Shown piece after piece: positions 27,470 to 40,996 of a DNA stretch of 64,000 bases (within the stretch, counting starts at the first letter, position 1; the number at the start of each line of letters is the position of its first letter). Below the pieces are notes generated by a model that searched no databases, was not told the origin of the DNA, and saw only the letters and a program-made list of their open reading frames with translations. Position numbers and translations under genes: made by a program. The stretch is from Kudoa neothunni (taxonomy: Eukaryota > Animalia > Cnidaria), in contig OZ199839.1 of assembly GCA_964304625.1 (NCBI GenBank), positions 11,494,395 to 11,558,394 of the forward strand, given 5' to 3'.

Positions 27470-28079
27470 ATCTTTAAACACTATAATTACTCACCTTTTC
27501 ACCACTAATCGTTTAGTTTGATTACTAGTTTGTTTTTTTGCGTAATAATATTTTGAATATTGATAAATAATCTATATCTACAATATATAAAATTAAGTTG
27601 TCCGCGTGTGTTCACAACTAAGCATGTGTGATAAATTTATTCCCTTATAGACAAATATTTATGAAATTTTTTAATCATTTAAGATATGGGAAAAATTATT
27701 TTCATTGTCATGGCATCATGAAATGCTTCAATAGTAAATAGGAAATATTTATTTCACCGGGTTTAAATTCGCTTATTTCAAGGTGATAATGAAGTTAACG
27801 TTCTTCTTACATGTTACAAACAAAAGATAATTTTATATTATCATCTATCTGTATACACAAATTAGGAGAACGTTTTATAAGGGATACGTAAATACATTCC
27901 TAATATAGGGGGGGGGGACTTATTAATATATCTTACTTGATGAATGCACTTTGAAAATTCTATTTTAATTTAAATAAATTAAAAAGATTTACAAATGTTA
28001 AATTAATTATTGAATTGCAGTATTTTGTCATCAGGTAGATTGGAGTTTTATAACGTTAAGACGATGTTCTCATATATAA

Positions 28080-29243
28080 CCTTTAAGATCAGCAAAAACG
28101 GCTACCTTCCTCCAAGGACTTTTTGAGCCCAAGAGACCCCAGTTTTTTATTTGATGAATTAACTTAATAAATATACATATATTATTTTATTCAATGGAAA
28201 AAATTTCTGTCGACTAAATTTGAAGAAAAAAACCGAACATTTGTGGAATTAATCCGTTATAATCTCCTCGGTATGTTGTCGGAAGTAATCGTTATATAAT
28301 ATCGTTGCTGAATAATCCTAAATTTTTGAGCAATAAAGAATTCAAATGAATGATTAATGTTTTTTGGTGAAAATATTCAATTTAATATTCTAAATTACTG
28401 CTCAGGAGCATACTGTTACTCTGCTCAAATAATGCCACGCGATCCCACTTTTCCTGTACGAAATAAGAATGGAACTGATGAGTGTATTGAAGAATTTCAA
28501 TATTTTGGAAGTGAATTTGAAGAAAACTATACAGAATCATTTGAAACGTCCAATGAATCAATGGAATATGGAAATATTGAAGACCCAATAATCATTTAAA
28601 TGGTATTATGTGGAGTTTTAGTAAACCGATAATATCAAGGATCGGTGCAGAAAATGTCATTAAAAACCACTTGGCCCTACTTTCTATTGTATTAAGAACG
28701 TTAAAATCATGTTAGATCGCCTTTCATCCTTTTCGCAAACATAATTTGTGAATAAATAATCAAATAAATATATCAATTGCTTGGAAGATTTCATTTCTAT
28801 GTCTAAATTTAATTATTAACTATATTCAAATAGATTATATTTACTATATATAATTGTATAAATTTATTTTTTGTGGTAAACGAAAGTTTTCCATATCTAT
28901 TTTTTATTAACGGTCACATGTGAATAATGAAATCCTCACGAGAAATAAACATTAATTAAATTCATAACATATTTCTAAATTTTTATGTGACTAAAATGTA
29001 TAATATTAGTATGGCTACATTATAAGTTATTTTTAAAGCATATTGACCAGAAGACCCAAAATGTCCCAGTGGATAATTTCTTTTCTACACCTAATTTTTA
29101 TTACTCGGCTTAAGATGTTCAAAGAATGATCATTATTGAAAGTTAGGACTTTAGAATTTTACGAATTTCTGATTATTACATGCATAATACTGGATAAATT
29201 AATTATGGTTTGGGGTTCAAAAGATCCCAAAGTCCTTAGAGGA
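28080..29243 (+). mobile_element. Internally deleted piggyBac element, copy 1
   Basis: Ends CCTTTAAG.. / ..GTCCTTAGAGGA|TTAA. Acidic N-terminal remnant followed by WSFSKP..RIGAENVI..GPT, as in piggyBac N-termini. Collinear with the copy at 59805-62463. Confidence 0.75.
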
Positions 29244-30449
29244 TTAATTGAAGCCGCCCTTAATTTAAACTTTCGGTAATTTATCTCCATAACGACGTTT
29301 TAATCATAATTTACCCAACTATTTAAATTTTAAATAATTTTGGTTGAAATTGTTGTGCTGCGTAAATGTATTGTAGTCAAGAGTGTGTTATAGTTGATAT
29401 CAGATAATGTGGTGTTAATTTGATTTAAAACAATAATCATTTCAAGTTATCTTCTAGCTACATAGTTTTCGAAATTTTATGATCATTACATAATGATCTT
29501 AATTTTAATTTCATATATCATAATTCTGAAAAATAAAATACTTTAGTTTCGTCCTTTCTTTGGGATAACTGAGAGTATAAATGTATTTTTTAAATGATTT
29601 TAGAGGTATTCATCACCTCATAATATTTGTATAACTGGGAAACGACGGGATTTCGTGGTAGTATGTAACATTTTTTTGATCATGAGAAGTCAAAAATTGT
29701 GAGAGGCTTGTTTCCCTGCAAATTTCATGTTTATAAAATAGTAAACCTTAGTGTATCTATATTAAGCGGAGTATATGTGATTGCATAAAATAGTTAATTC
29801 ACACCGAAATCTGCATATGAAGCGTTTATTAATTAGTCATCTCGTGAATACCTTAAGAATTGTGTAATACATTTTTTCATGTTTAAGTTGTGATAATATT
29901 ACCTTAATGCACAAAATTTTATTATGTATAAAAATAGTTTCATTACAATAAATATAAAATTAAAATATGAGGGATAAATGCATTTTTAATCGTTCTTTAA
30001 AATAAAAATGGATAATTATTAGATATATAAATTGAAATAAATCCATTAATGTAATGATAGGTATCTCTTTAGAAAGGATTTGTTTCCTATTTGAATATAA
30101 TTTTATACAGCGTAATCTTCGATTTTCCTCTTTGTTGTGAATAATTTTATAATTCATTATTAAAATAAAAAAAAACGTTTAGAGATCTTATTGGTTACAT
30201 TTCTGAAACTTGACATTCTTATACTCTATTTTTTATCATTATCACACAATAAAACAAATTATTACTTAATGTATGTGTTTCAATAAAGTCATTGAGTTAT
30301 AAAATTAAGAAAAGTATACAACTAATTTTTTATTATAGAGATTATTTCCATGATGTTAATGCCCTACATATATCTTGCATCGTTGAGTTTTGATTAACAA
30401 AAACAATAACGATAATTCTAGCGAATAATTATTTTTCTATATAAATATG

Positions 30450-31255
30450 TCGAAAGTTTTGGATAATTATAAAACTATTTTTGCTCGTAAATATAATGAA
30501 GAAATATTTACTTCCATTTAGTATGAGATTAGGATTTATTTGTTTCCATTGCAATTACTGTTAATAGAAACTTCTGTGATGATACTCATATTCATTTCTT
30601 CAATATCAACATTCGTTGTTATCCCGATTGTATTTTGAATTTCATTCATTTATTAATCGAATATTTTAGGAATACTTTTCTTTCAGTATTACACAATGGG
30701 TAGAATTAATGAGGAATAAAGCTGAAGAATTATTTGATGAAACTTTTCATTCTTTATGTATTAATAGTCATATAGATGTAATATTGGTAACATAAGGCCG
30801 TACGTATACGTGATAATAGTGCACGCTGTGGGACTGGGATCTCAGGAACAGTTTCAGACAACTGATCAACGATTCAATTACGACTGAAAGTGTTTGCCGA
30901 TTAGGAGTATGCATGAACAATAGAAGTATACCGTGTGAATAATTCCAAAATAATTTACACATTAAATAGTTATATATACAAATAAAATGGAAACCTGTTA
31001 TATGTGCAATGTAATTCAATTAATATTAGCGTAACTTTTACATGGTTATAGATATCTACAGACTTTATGAGATTGAAACGAATGCAGCTTATTGACCTGT
31101 TGCAAAATGTATTAAGACAAGAAAAGCTATGCTCAGCGAAAAACACACATATACAAGAGTTTATAGTAATTATTGAATGCGTCATGTTTAATTATGATTT
31201 TAATAGTGTAGAGTCGGTGTTAAATCAATTATTTTTTGGTTAAGAATAATGCCTG
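30450..31255 (+). CDS. Probable intron-rich gene or pseudogene of unknown function
   Basis: Exon-like frames bounded by AG/GT (YFSFSITQWVELMRNKAEELFDE; CTLWDWDLRNSFRQLINDS; ISTDFMRLKRMQLIDLLQNV). No family recognised; boundaries uncertain. Confidence 0.3.
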
Positions 31256-31688
31256 AACAGAATAATCACTTTGATGATATGTGCACTTTAATTGACGCTT
31301 GCTAATAAAGAATAAAAAAATACATTACTAATTTCTTTGAATACAAAAATTTATTCTTTATATTTCAATATTCAGATTTATTTTGCAATATAAAATAGAT
31401 GATAATTAGCATATTATATTAGTTATTCGAATAATAATAATAATAATAATATTTCATGATCTATAATTTTATAAAATTCTATATTGATTTGATTTTAATG
31501 CTTTCATTTTTATGTGATAAAAATTCAATTATTTTGAATCTTAATATAAAGAAATATATAAAATTAGTTATTTTTAATAAAAAATTAAAATTTATTTCTG
31601 AGTGTAAAATTAATATTTTTACTACTTTTCGACAATAATTTGAATAGTATTAGAGAATTTAATCATTTTTAATCTATTTATTGCACAC

Positions 31689-32403
31689 ATGCGTGAACTA
31701 TTTTTGTTCTCAATTTGTTATTATTTATGCATAATATATGATATTATAATAATCTTAAAAAGAATTTATATCTTAGTCATTTTTGAAAATTTAATATTGT
31801 TTCTATCTGTCGCTACATATCAATTTCATAAACTACAAACGATTCAATATGACAAATTTTTAATACCAACGATGATAAATTAGGCAACAGAAATATTGTA
31901 TAGCCGTTTTACCCTGTGGAATCACTTTCCAAAGAGTTGATACACGATATTATCAAAGATGAACTCAAACTCAATTTTCCTGATAATATTATTACAAAAA
32001 TGGAATCTAGAGTTTATTTTTCACGGTTATATCTAAAATAGTAAACCTAGGTATACAAAAATTATCTCTACAAAATAAAGTCAAATTTTAAAAATCCTTT
32101 ATTCTGTTATGCTCATTATATCATAAATCAAGAATAAATTTTTAATATGAAATCAAGTCCCAGATATTATTTCATTCTACAATTCTACAAGGGAGAGTAG
32201 AGAGAGTTTCTCAAATTTTTATTATTCGATAAATCGAATCAAAAGTCGTTCTGCGGTTATATCCTCCGCTGTGGTAGTTACAATGTTGATAAACAAACAC
32301 ACGTATTATACATTATAATAACAGATAAGCCAACCCGAAAAAAAGATTTATTGAAATTGTTCGTTATGCTATTTACGGAAGAGTAAAACAAATGAAAATG
32401 TAA
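31689..32403 (+). pseudogene. Possible orphan gene remnant
   Basis: Hydrophobic start MRELFLFSICYYLCII and an exon-like PFYPVESLSKELIHDIIKDELKLNFPDNII. Frames are interrupted. Confidence 0.2.
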
Positions 32404-32681
32404 AATATAATTCTTATTTATTTTATGAAGATTTCACAAAAACAATAAATATAAATTTGATTTACAAATCTAACCTTATTTTAAAAAAATATCACCTTTA
32501 TTTTCGTTAAAATGATAGAAAAACGAGGAAGGTGTGCCATAACAATTTAAATTCAGTCTGAATGGAACTTTTCAGTATTATAAGCAATAATTGTTTTAAA
32601 AAAAATATATTTTTAATATCACATTACTTTTTAAAAAATTTGACCGCTTTCGAGTAAAATTTCTTGTGTGCGCATCTAAAG

Positions 32682-33802
32682 CAGAGTTCCCAACCGCGCC
32701 CGATTTAGAACAAATCAACGCAAAATCAAAATTTGCCCTTTTTTACTCTTTTTCTTCTAAGGTAAGAATTTATTGCAAATTCACAGAAAATAGAAATTAA
32801 TGGCTGTTGATTTTATTACGAGAAATCTTCAAGTAGACAATTTTTTGATTGGAATAATGTTTTATTTCAAACTTAAAATGTCCGAAACTGAGCTTCACCA
32901 AAGGCAAGTTACAATTATACATTTTAATAATTCTTCAAAAGCTCACATAATGCGAAAATTGAGACCAAAAATTTATGAAAATTAACACATTTTAACATAT
33001 TATGTTCCAGTTGAGACCGATACATAGGATAATGTTTCATCATTATTAGCGATAAGACAATTTTATTATAACTATGAGCCATTTTGGAATAATCACGAAG
33101 GGTTTTATGTGTTGGAATTTTGAATGCTTGAATTTAAAAAAAAGACTGATATTGGTGATATCCAATGCTAAGTTATCATTACAAATGTTTGTTATCAATT
33201 TTCAAAAAATTCTAATTTTAGTTAATACATGAATAAATTAAACTTTAACTAAATATCATCTACTGGACTAACGTCTCTTAATATTAATGACTGAATATTC
33301 CTACATAAAATAAAACTTCATCTAGATATATTTATTATTTTTTATTCAAAAATCGAACCAAAGACCGTAATACAATTGTTTGAAGTAAGTTAAAGGAATT
33401 AAACAGGTTCAAAGACCAAGTCTGATTAATTAAATAATCATTAATCGCATTTTTGAGCATTGCTTATCGGCAAAATATTTTTGATTCCAACGGAAAATAT
33501 GGCACATCTTTACTTTTAGCGACTCTGATTAACGCTTTATGTAGTAGATTTTTATTTTCTAGAAACATCGAAATAATCAGAAGAAATAGAATGGTGTGCT
33601 CTACATTAGATGATCTTGTTTCGAATAAGGAAATTTTTCAACACATCGACCAAATGATGCCATAACTTTGAAGTTTCTGATTTAGTTATAAATTAACGTA
33701 GTATTTATGCGTATAATTAAATATTAATTCTATTTTTACAAACAATTCTGATTTTTTCCGATAAAAATTTTGCCTAATGTCCGATATGGGTTGGTAACAC
33801 TG
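32682..33802. mobile_element. hAT-type non-autonomous element
   Basis: TIRs CAGAGTTCCCAACC / GGTTGGTAACACTG. 8-bp TSD ATCTAAAG/ATTTAAAG (7 of 8). Confidence 0.75.
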
Positions 33803-34839
33803 ATTTAAAGGTATATAATACTCGAATTATTTATGACACGGTTTCCCTCACCCCTAGGGTTGCGAGAGTCATTCTAGAATAAATTAAAAAATTGATCGTA
33901 ATTTATTCATTTCTTAATTTTTTTAGTCCTTGTTTAAATCATGTATTGACATAATGAGTGTAATAATATTTTTAAGTGTGTTTATCGATTGGTTTCTATT
34001 AAAAACTGGGATATAAAAATTAATTTAATTTAACTGATTCTATGAAATGCCGCGATAAGTCAATAGTTTATATTAAATCTATTCGGCGCACAAAATCTAG
34101 AACTCGTTATTTTCATGTAAAATCGTAACTTTATAAACTTTAAAAGAAAACCACTAAATGAATTTAACTTTATCATCTCTCCACATTTGAGATCCATCAT
34201 TTAATTTTATGTTCTTTATTATGTAACATTTTAAATTTAAAGTTATAGTTTGTACTTGGTCTTTGATATGAATTCTAACAGTGTGTATTAGTTAGTTTTA
34301 TTGGGGTACATTTAGTAGGCATCAGTTTTGAATTTTCTGAATTTCTCCAAACACATTGTCTCAATGTTTAAATTAAAATCTGAGTCAATATAGAATAAGG
34401 AGTTCGCTAGGATTATCCAGCATATATTGGCATATGAAGCGGGTCTCTCGAATTTATCGTATACAGATTAAATGTATCTGAATTCCCTGAATACCCAACA
34501 CAATTTGCATCTATTATTGATAATCAAAGTGTCATACTTTGAATTTCTTACCAAACCTCGGCGAGAGCGAAAGCGAGAAAGCCGTCAGATCAATTAAATA
34601 AAAAATAACATTTTTTTGTTGTTAACTATATGATGGGTTATATTTATTTGGCTTATTTAAATTTCTCATTTAAGCACAGAACTTAATCAATCCGGTATAA
34701 CTTTTATATTTATATTTTAATTTTACTTTAATATAAATTTTGTATGTCTAATATTTTGAGATAATTATACTAAAATTTTTTAATTAGAATTATTTATTAT
34801 TCTACTTCAAAATGTCATGCTCAAACAGGAATAAATAAT

Positions 34840-36050
34840 AGCTTCAATCATTGAGCAAATGATTCCCTTCAAAGGAAAGTACAAACCCAAACAATACCTT
34901 CCTATTAAACCAAACAAATGGTGTTTTAAAATGTTTTCTCGGTGTGGCATTAATGGCTTAGTCTACGACTTTGCTTTGTATGAGGAAAAACCACTAGCAG
35001 TTTCACAAACTTGTGGTTAAACTTCAGGTGGTTTTGTAGTAAAATTGTGCGACACTACCAACTTCAAGAATCTTCTTTTTGAAGTTTGATAATTATTTCA
35101 CATCTATTCAACTGCAGCAGCTGTTAAAGAATCGAAACACCTATTTTATTGGACCCATAAGAAGGAACAGAGTTAAAGATTGTTCATTAACCCCAGTAAA
35201 ACAATTCAGCAAGAAAGGTCGCGGTTCTTACGAAAGCATTCAGCATACCAAAAATTGAATAATATTAACTCAATGGTGTGACGGTTCTGTTGTTACACTT
35301 TCTTCATCCCAACCCCTTGGTGTAGTTAAAAGATTCGATCGAAGATTTAAAAAGACTGCAAATAATGACTACCCCCAATGTAGTTTCAGAATATAACAAA
35401 AACATGGGTGGAGTTGACTTGTCAGAGATGTTGATGGCATTGTGCAAGTTGAACCACAAATGCCGAAAGTTTTATATGCGAATATTATTTTGGTGGCTCA
35501 ATACCAACATAACCTATGCTTGGTTATTATATAAACGAAATACAAAGGTCAATGGTGACAACTACAAAGTAATGGACCTTTTGTCATTTACTCGGTCTAT
35601 AAATGAGAGTTTGATTCACTTCAAAAATCCAATATGATAAAAAAGCGTGGGCGTCCTTCATTGGATGATTCTAAAGTTGTAGCTGTTAATCATTCGCATG
35701 AAAACAATCGAATCCCCTGTCAGAGTCAATAAGATTTGATAATGTGTGCCACTATCCCGAAATAGTGGATACAAAAGAAAGGTGCAGATTGTGTAAAAAA
35801 TAACGCAATTCAGCTGCATTAAATGTGGAATTCTGTGTTGTATTTTTAAAACTCGAATCGGATTCGATGGAAATTTTTTTTCGCCTAATGCCCAATGCCC
35901 AATGGGCATTCTGGTGACCACGACGAAAAATGTTAAAAAATAATATTCAAACATTTAATGTGAATTCAATCTTTTTTGATGTGAAATAAAAAAGAAATCT
36001 TCATTAATACAATTTTTATAGCTCTAATTAAAAATTTTGGCACGAAAGGG
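34840..36050 (+). mobile_element. piggyBac (PGBD2/3-like) transposase pseudogene with right end, 5'-truncated
   Basis: Motifs SIIEQMIPFKGK..KQYLPIKPNKW, FDNYFTS, IGPIRRNR, YNKNMGGVDL and AWLLY, with stops and frameshifts. Right terminus GGCACGAAAGGG|TTGA. Confidence 0.9.
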
Positions 36051-36594
36051 TTGAATATTAATGGTTACTGTGTGAACACAAAAAATAGCGTAAAATAAAT
36101 ACAAATTATTTACTCTTGTAATTAACGAAATGACGATATATTTTTGATAAATGTAAGAAAATGATAATATATTAAATTATTAGTAATAGATTAATTATTT
36201 CATATAAAAATTTATAAGATTTTTTAATCGGTATATATATATATCGCAATATAATAATGATAATAATATCCCTTAAGAATTTAATAATTAGAGTGATACA
36301 ATATTTATCAGTAATTATTACATAAAAAACTCTCCACACAAATTTTTGTATTTATTCATAAATTTTATGCTCAACAAGGCTGTTTATAGTAAAACTACAA
36401 CATGTTAAATAACTATAAATATCAAATAAATATCAAATAAATAAATTAATTAAAATAAATTAAATAAATAAATAATTTGACCTTCAAATGTAGATAATGT
36501 AGATGCGCGAAAACAAATATAAACCGTGCGCGGTTATTAGAAAATGGACGGTTCATATGTGGCCGCGGTCCCAAAAAGGAAATTACTAGCTATT

Positions 36595-37383
36595 AAACGT
36601 ATTTTGTGTGATTTTGATGATGAAGGTTCACCTGAACTGCTTAATATTATTCTAATTGGTTTTCTCTTCTATTAGTATCAATGTTTAAACAACAACGAAA
36701 AATTAACCACGAAGAGGCTCAAGTGGAGTTGGAATCGATTTATAAAAGTTTATTAGCTAAATTTTCCAAGGTGATACTACAACACATAAACTCTATGGTG
36801 AAATAACTTATATAATTAAAAGGTAGCACTGTCATCTAAGTTTATCGAAACACAAACGATCACCTATAAGAATAGCCCACTGCAGAGAATGACAAAGAAA
36901 ATAACCAAAAAGTTCTCATCTATATCACAATCGAAATTAATCCACCTCTTAGATTGGAATATCACCCCATTACTCCAGGTATAGCGGTGTATTTTTGTAG
37001 ATTCATATTTGCTATCATCAATATTAGATGTTAAAAATTCCAGATACAATCTCAGGAATAAAGTAAACAATTGGTTGTTGGATTCCATTGTATTTTTCCG
37101 TTCATTAGTTCAGACACGAAATTAATCCGGTTGAAAATACCGCTAAAACTAATCCCGTATCAAAGTAATATAGATTTTAGAATGAAGCAATATATTGTGT
37201 GTATTTAGAAAAAAAATTAAAAAAAGTGAATGGAAAAAAGTCATATTAATTTTTATTCTCAAATTAAATATTATTTTTAAGGCCTACGATTTCATCAACA
37301 AATGTGACGCTGGTGATATTGTTATCCAGGAGAAAAATCAGATTCTCGATATTCTTAAACACATACTTGATTATAATATTTAA
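36595..37383 (+). CDS. Probable short-intron gene of unknown function
   Basis: Successive exon-like frames joined by GT-AG introns (SMFKQQRKINHEEAQVELESIYKSLLAKFSK|VALSSK..; FRHEINPVENTAK; AYDFINKCDAGD..). No family recognised. Confidence 0.3.
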
Positions 37384-40300
37384 CTTTATCACCATTATTT
37401 TGGTGTATTTGTTTTATGTGATACGGATGTTCATATTCATACTGTAATGGGGGGATAATATTTTTTTTTTGCAATTCTTCAGAGATAACTTGGTTAACTT
37501 TGTTAATTTTTAATGTTAAATAAAATCTACTACATATAAAGTAGTAGTGTGTGTACGCATTTTTCGTGCTTTATAGAGAGACATATCGCTCCATTTGAGC
37601 ACACATATGGAAAGATACAATTTTATTTTAACACAGAAAAATACGTAAAAAATTATAAAGGTTTGCATCCTATAAAATGACTAAAAACATTTTCACGTGA
37701 TATAATTTGAAGATTTATGCAAACATACAGATCATTTCACTAAAATTATAAAAAGTTAATTTTAAATGTATTATAAGGTTTTTTTACTTTAAAATTATTG
37801 AAAAGTAATTTAGTAATTGAATTAGTTCAAATAATATAAAATAGATAAATAAATTGAGGAAGGTAATATTAGGTTATGTAGCCAAACATTAATATCAAAT
37901 TTATTTGTTGATGTTTAACAACATTAGTCATATTCCTATGGTATGGTATGATATGTTTTAGAGATTACTGTGAACAGCAAGGAGAAAATCGATATTTTAG
38001 GAGCTCTAAAGAGGAAATTTTAAACGCTCAGTAGTGTTTATTCATTTTTAAAAATATTGAATAAGGTTCATACGTCTAATTATTTAAGGTAAGTTAATTA
38101 AAATACAATTTAGCGCTAACTACAGTAACTGTATACCAACTTAGTCTTTTACCGACATACTATCGGAACCAAGCCGTTTCCTACAATTTGTCCCACTAAT
38201 TGATTTCTCTTACAGAAATTTTTCATTTTTCTTTATTTCATAAAAAATTTTAAATTATAGAAAAATGAGAATTTTTTTGAAGTATTTATCAACACTATAT
38301 TGATTTTATTTATTGATTATATTGATTTCACGTGAATCCCAATATACTCAACGTAAGATTTATTCCCATTTTACGAGATAATTCTTGTTGGTCTAAAATT
38401 TATTAAGTTACTCTTTTTTATGATAAAAAGTGAAAATTTTTCAAAAACCAAATGAATTAACAGGACGAATTGTAGGAATCAACATTTCTGGTGGTTTATG
38501 TGATACCGCCCGAATTTGGCACACATATTGTAGCTTAGTCCAATTTTGTGTAAAACCTTAATAGAGACTTTATCGATTGATATTCGCAATATTAATCTTG
38601 ATTAGACATTTAATAGACCACATGTCGATATTTTCCTAAATTCAAGCTGAAATGATCTAAATCTTTAAGCTTTTTATATTTTAGCAAAAATTAAATTTTT
38701 ATCATAAAAATGTATTTGGCTATTTGAATGACATTTAAAATGAAAACGATTGATATCTACTTATCGCATTTTTCCTTTTTTATCCAATATTTATTAGTTT
38801 TTACTTTTCCGCATAATATCAGGGTCATATTCAAAATATGCCATAACAAAGTGCATGAGATTACATGATGTTATATTTAGATGATTATTATTATTATTAT
38901 TGTTATTATTCTTTTGTCGGAAAGGTGATTATATATTTTTTTTCACTAACCCATTCTTTTTTTAGGAAAAATAACGTGATCAAATTTAACGAGCGCATGT
39001 GGTGATTAATTAGATTATACAATCTGATTATTCGATTTAGATATTCCGATTAATCATTGAAATAATAAAAATACTCCGCATAATATACACCAATGTATTA
39101 ACATCATAAAACAACACTTAATTTAAATTAAATTAAATTGTTGGAAAGAATTTGACGGAGACATCAGCTTCAGAATTAATAGTTGAACAAAATATTATGT
39201 ATTTACACGCGGATAATCTAATTTTTTATTAATCTGATTTGTACGCTACCAAAATGACTTTACTAAATTAGATTCGTATTCAAGTTGTGATATTTTATTG
39301 AATAATAGTAACCTTTCCCCTCTATATTTTATTCATTTTATATTTTAGTAAAATGTTACAAATTACAAATAAAATTGAGGTAATGGTGTAGCTCCACAAA
39401 TAAAGCCTGTTGTGCATGTTTAATCTTCCCGATTTTATTAAAAATTGAATTTTCGCGATTTTAAAATGCGGATCAACCACAAATTAGTTTCAAGGTATAA
39501 TTATAAAATTTTAGCATTAATCTTCATTCGGCTCATATCGAGATACGCGCATTAGAATGCTCATGCAACATTGATGTAGTTTTTTTACTTAATTATGACT
39601 TATAAACTTATATATCATTAAATTATTATTATTTTTTAAAGATACTTTCACCTCGCGATAATATTAAACGAGTGATTTATTATCAAACGTCTCTTTCGAT
39701 ATAAATAAGACGATAGATGTAAATTTTGTTGCACTTACCTATACATAACATTCACTTAAAAATTGTCTAGCTTATATATTTTTTAATTACTTATATAATG
39801 CGTCTACAGTAAGTTAAGCGTCAAATACGTGAATCACATATAATTTTTTACGTCATTGACGCAATTTAATGAGGTAATAATAAAAAAAAGGTTTTTGCAA
39901 TAAATGTAATTATTATAATTTATAACTGAATGATTTTATCGAATATATAAAGGTTCCATTTGTGTCGTGGTATTATTATCATGATAAACTGCTAAAAGTT
40001 TTGTTTGTTTTTATGTAAGCTTTCAACATTTTGTTATTTATATTTGTAAAGTATTGATAAATTTTTTAGGAATATCCTATATAATATTTTAAATACATAA
40101 GAAAACGATCAAGAATTAATTTACTTTTAAAACAGGTTTCTCTATATGCGAAATATGGTTTAGTTTCTAATTATAGACAACCGCTTAACTACTAATTATC
40201 AAACCATATGAATTGAACGTTATACTTAATTATGTTTGGTCCTATATTTCTCACTAACTTAAAAATATCAAATAAATAATTAAATCAAAACAGATGCATA

Positions 40301-40819
40301 AATTAATATTAAATTTTAGAATAGCCGTCTACTCCATGCAAATAAACAAGATATTGAAAGTAAACAAAATCTCATTTTAATTCATGGTTTAATATTAGTA
40401 TGTCATGTATAGGGTAGGTTACTAGTTAAGAATTGTAAGGATTAACAAATAAGTATGTTTACAATAATCGTATTAAATATTTGTTAAACTTGTTGTCTTA
40501 CAAAAAATTAGAAATACTCCCATTAATCTTTTTATATTGATCGTAATCATTCTTCATCGAGATACATATCCAATAGGATTTTTACGTACACTTTGAGCAC
40601 ATATATGAATTTTTTCGGCAATTTTGTTGCTATCTTCAGATTATGTATTATTATTTATTATACAATTGATAATTTTTACTTTTAACGAATTACGCCTACG
40701 ACAAGTTTTTCATCTGTCAGAGCTTCAGAGTAATTTTTTTCGATTAAAAATGTCATTAGTTTTTCACTATCAAACAGTAAACTGTAAAATTGACGCTGAC
40801 CCTTGGTTAACACCATGAT

Positions 40820-40996
40820 GTGGAGTGAGTTTAACAACGCGCTAACAAGGAATCACTGCATTTTCCGAATTTCTATTATTATCAATTGAAATTTAATAAT
40901 GTGGACATGAGTTGAACATGGTATCGGAATGAGTATCGGCGAGTACTGAAATTTGGAGTACTCGTTTTAAAAAATGTGGTATCGGTGCAACCCCTA
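40820..40996. mobile_element. Right end of an Ac/Tol-type hAT non-autonomous element
   Basis: Repeated GTATCGG and GAGTACT subterminal motifs ending in GGTATCGGTGCAACCCCTA. No left end was found. Confidence 0.55.

Noticed and set aside
29960-31638. Several 60-70 aa Ile/Leu/Phe/Lys-rich ORFs here and at 18136, 40624, 57435, 61110 and 62753
   Set aside because: Their composition is what chance ORFs look like in very AT-rich DNA.
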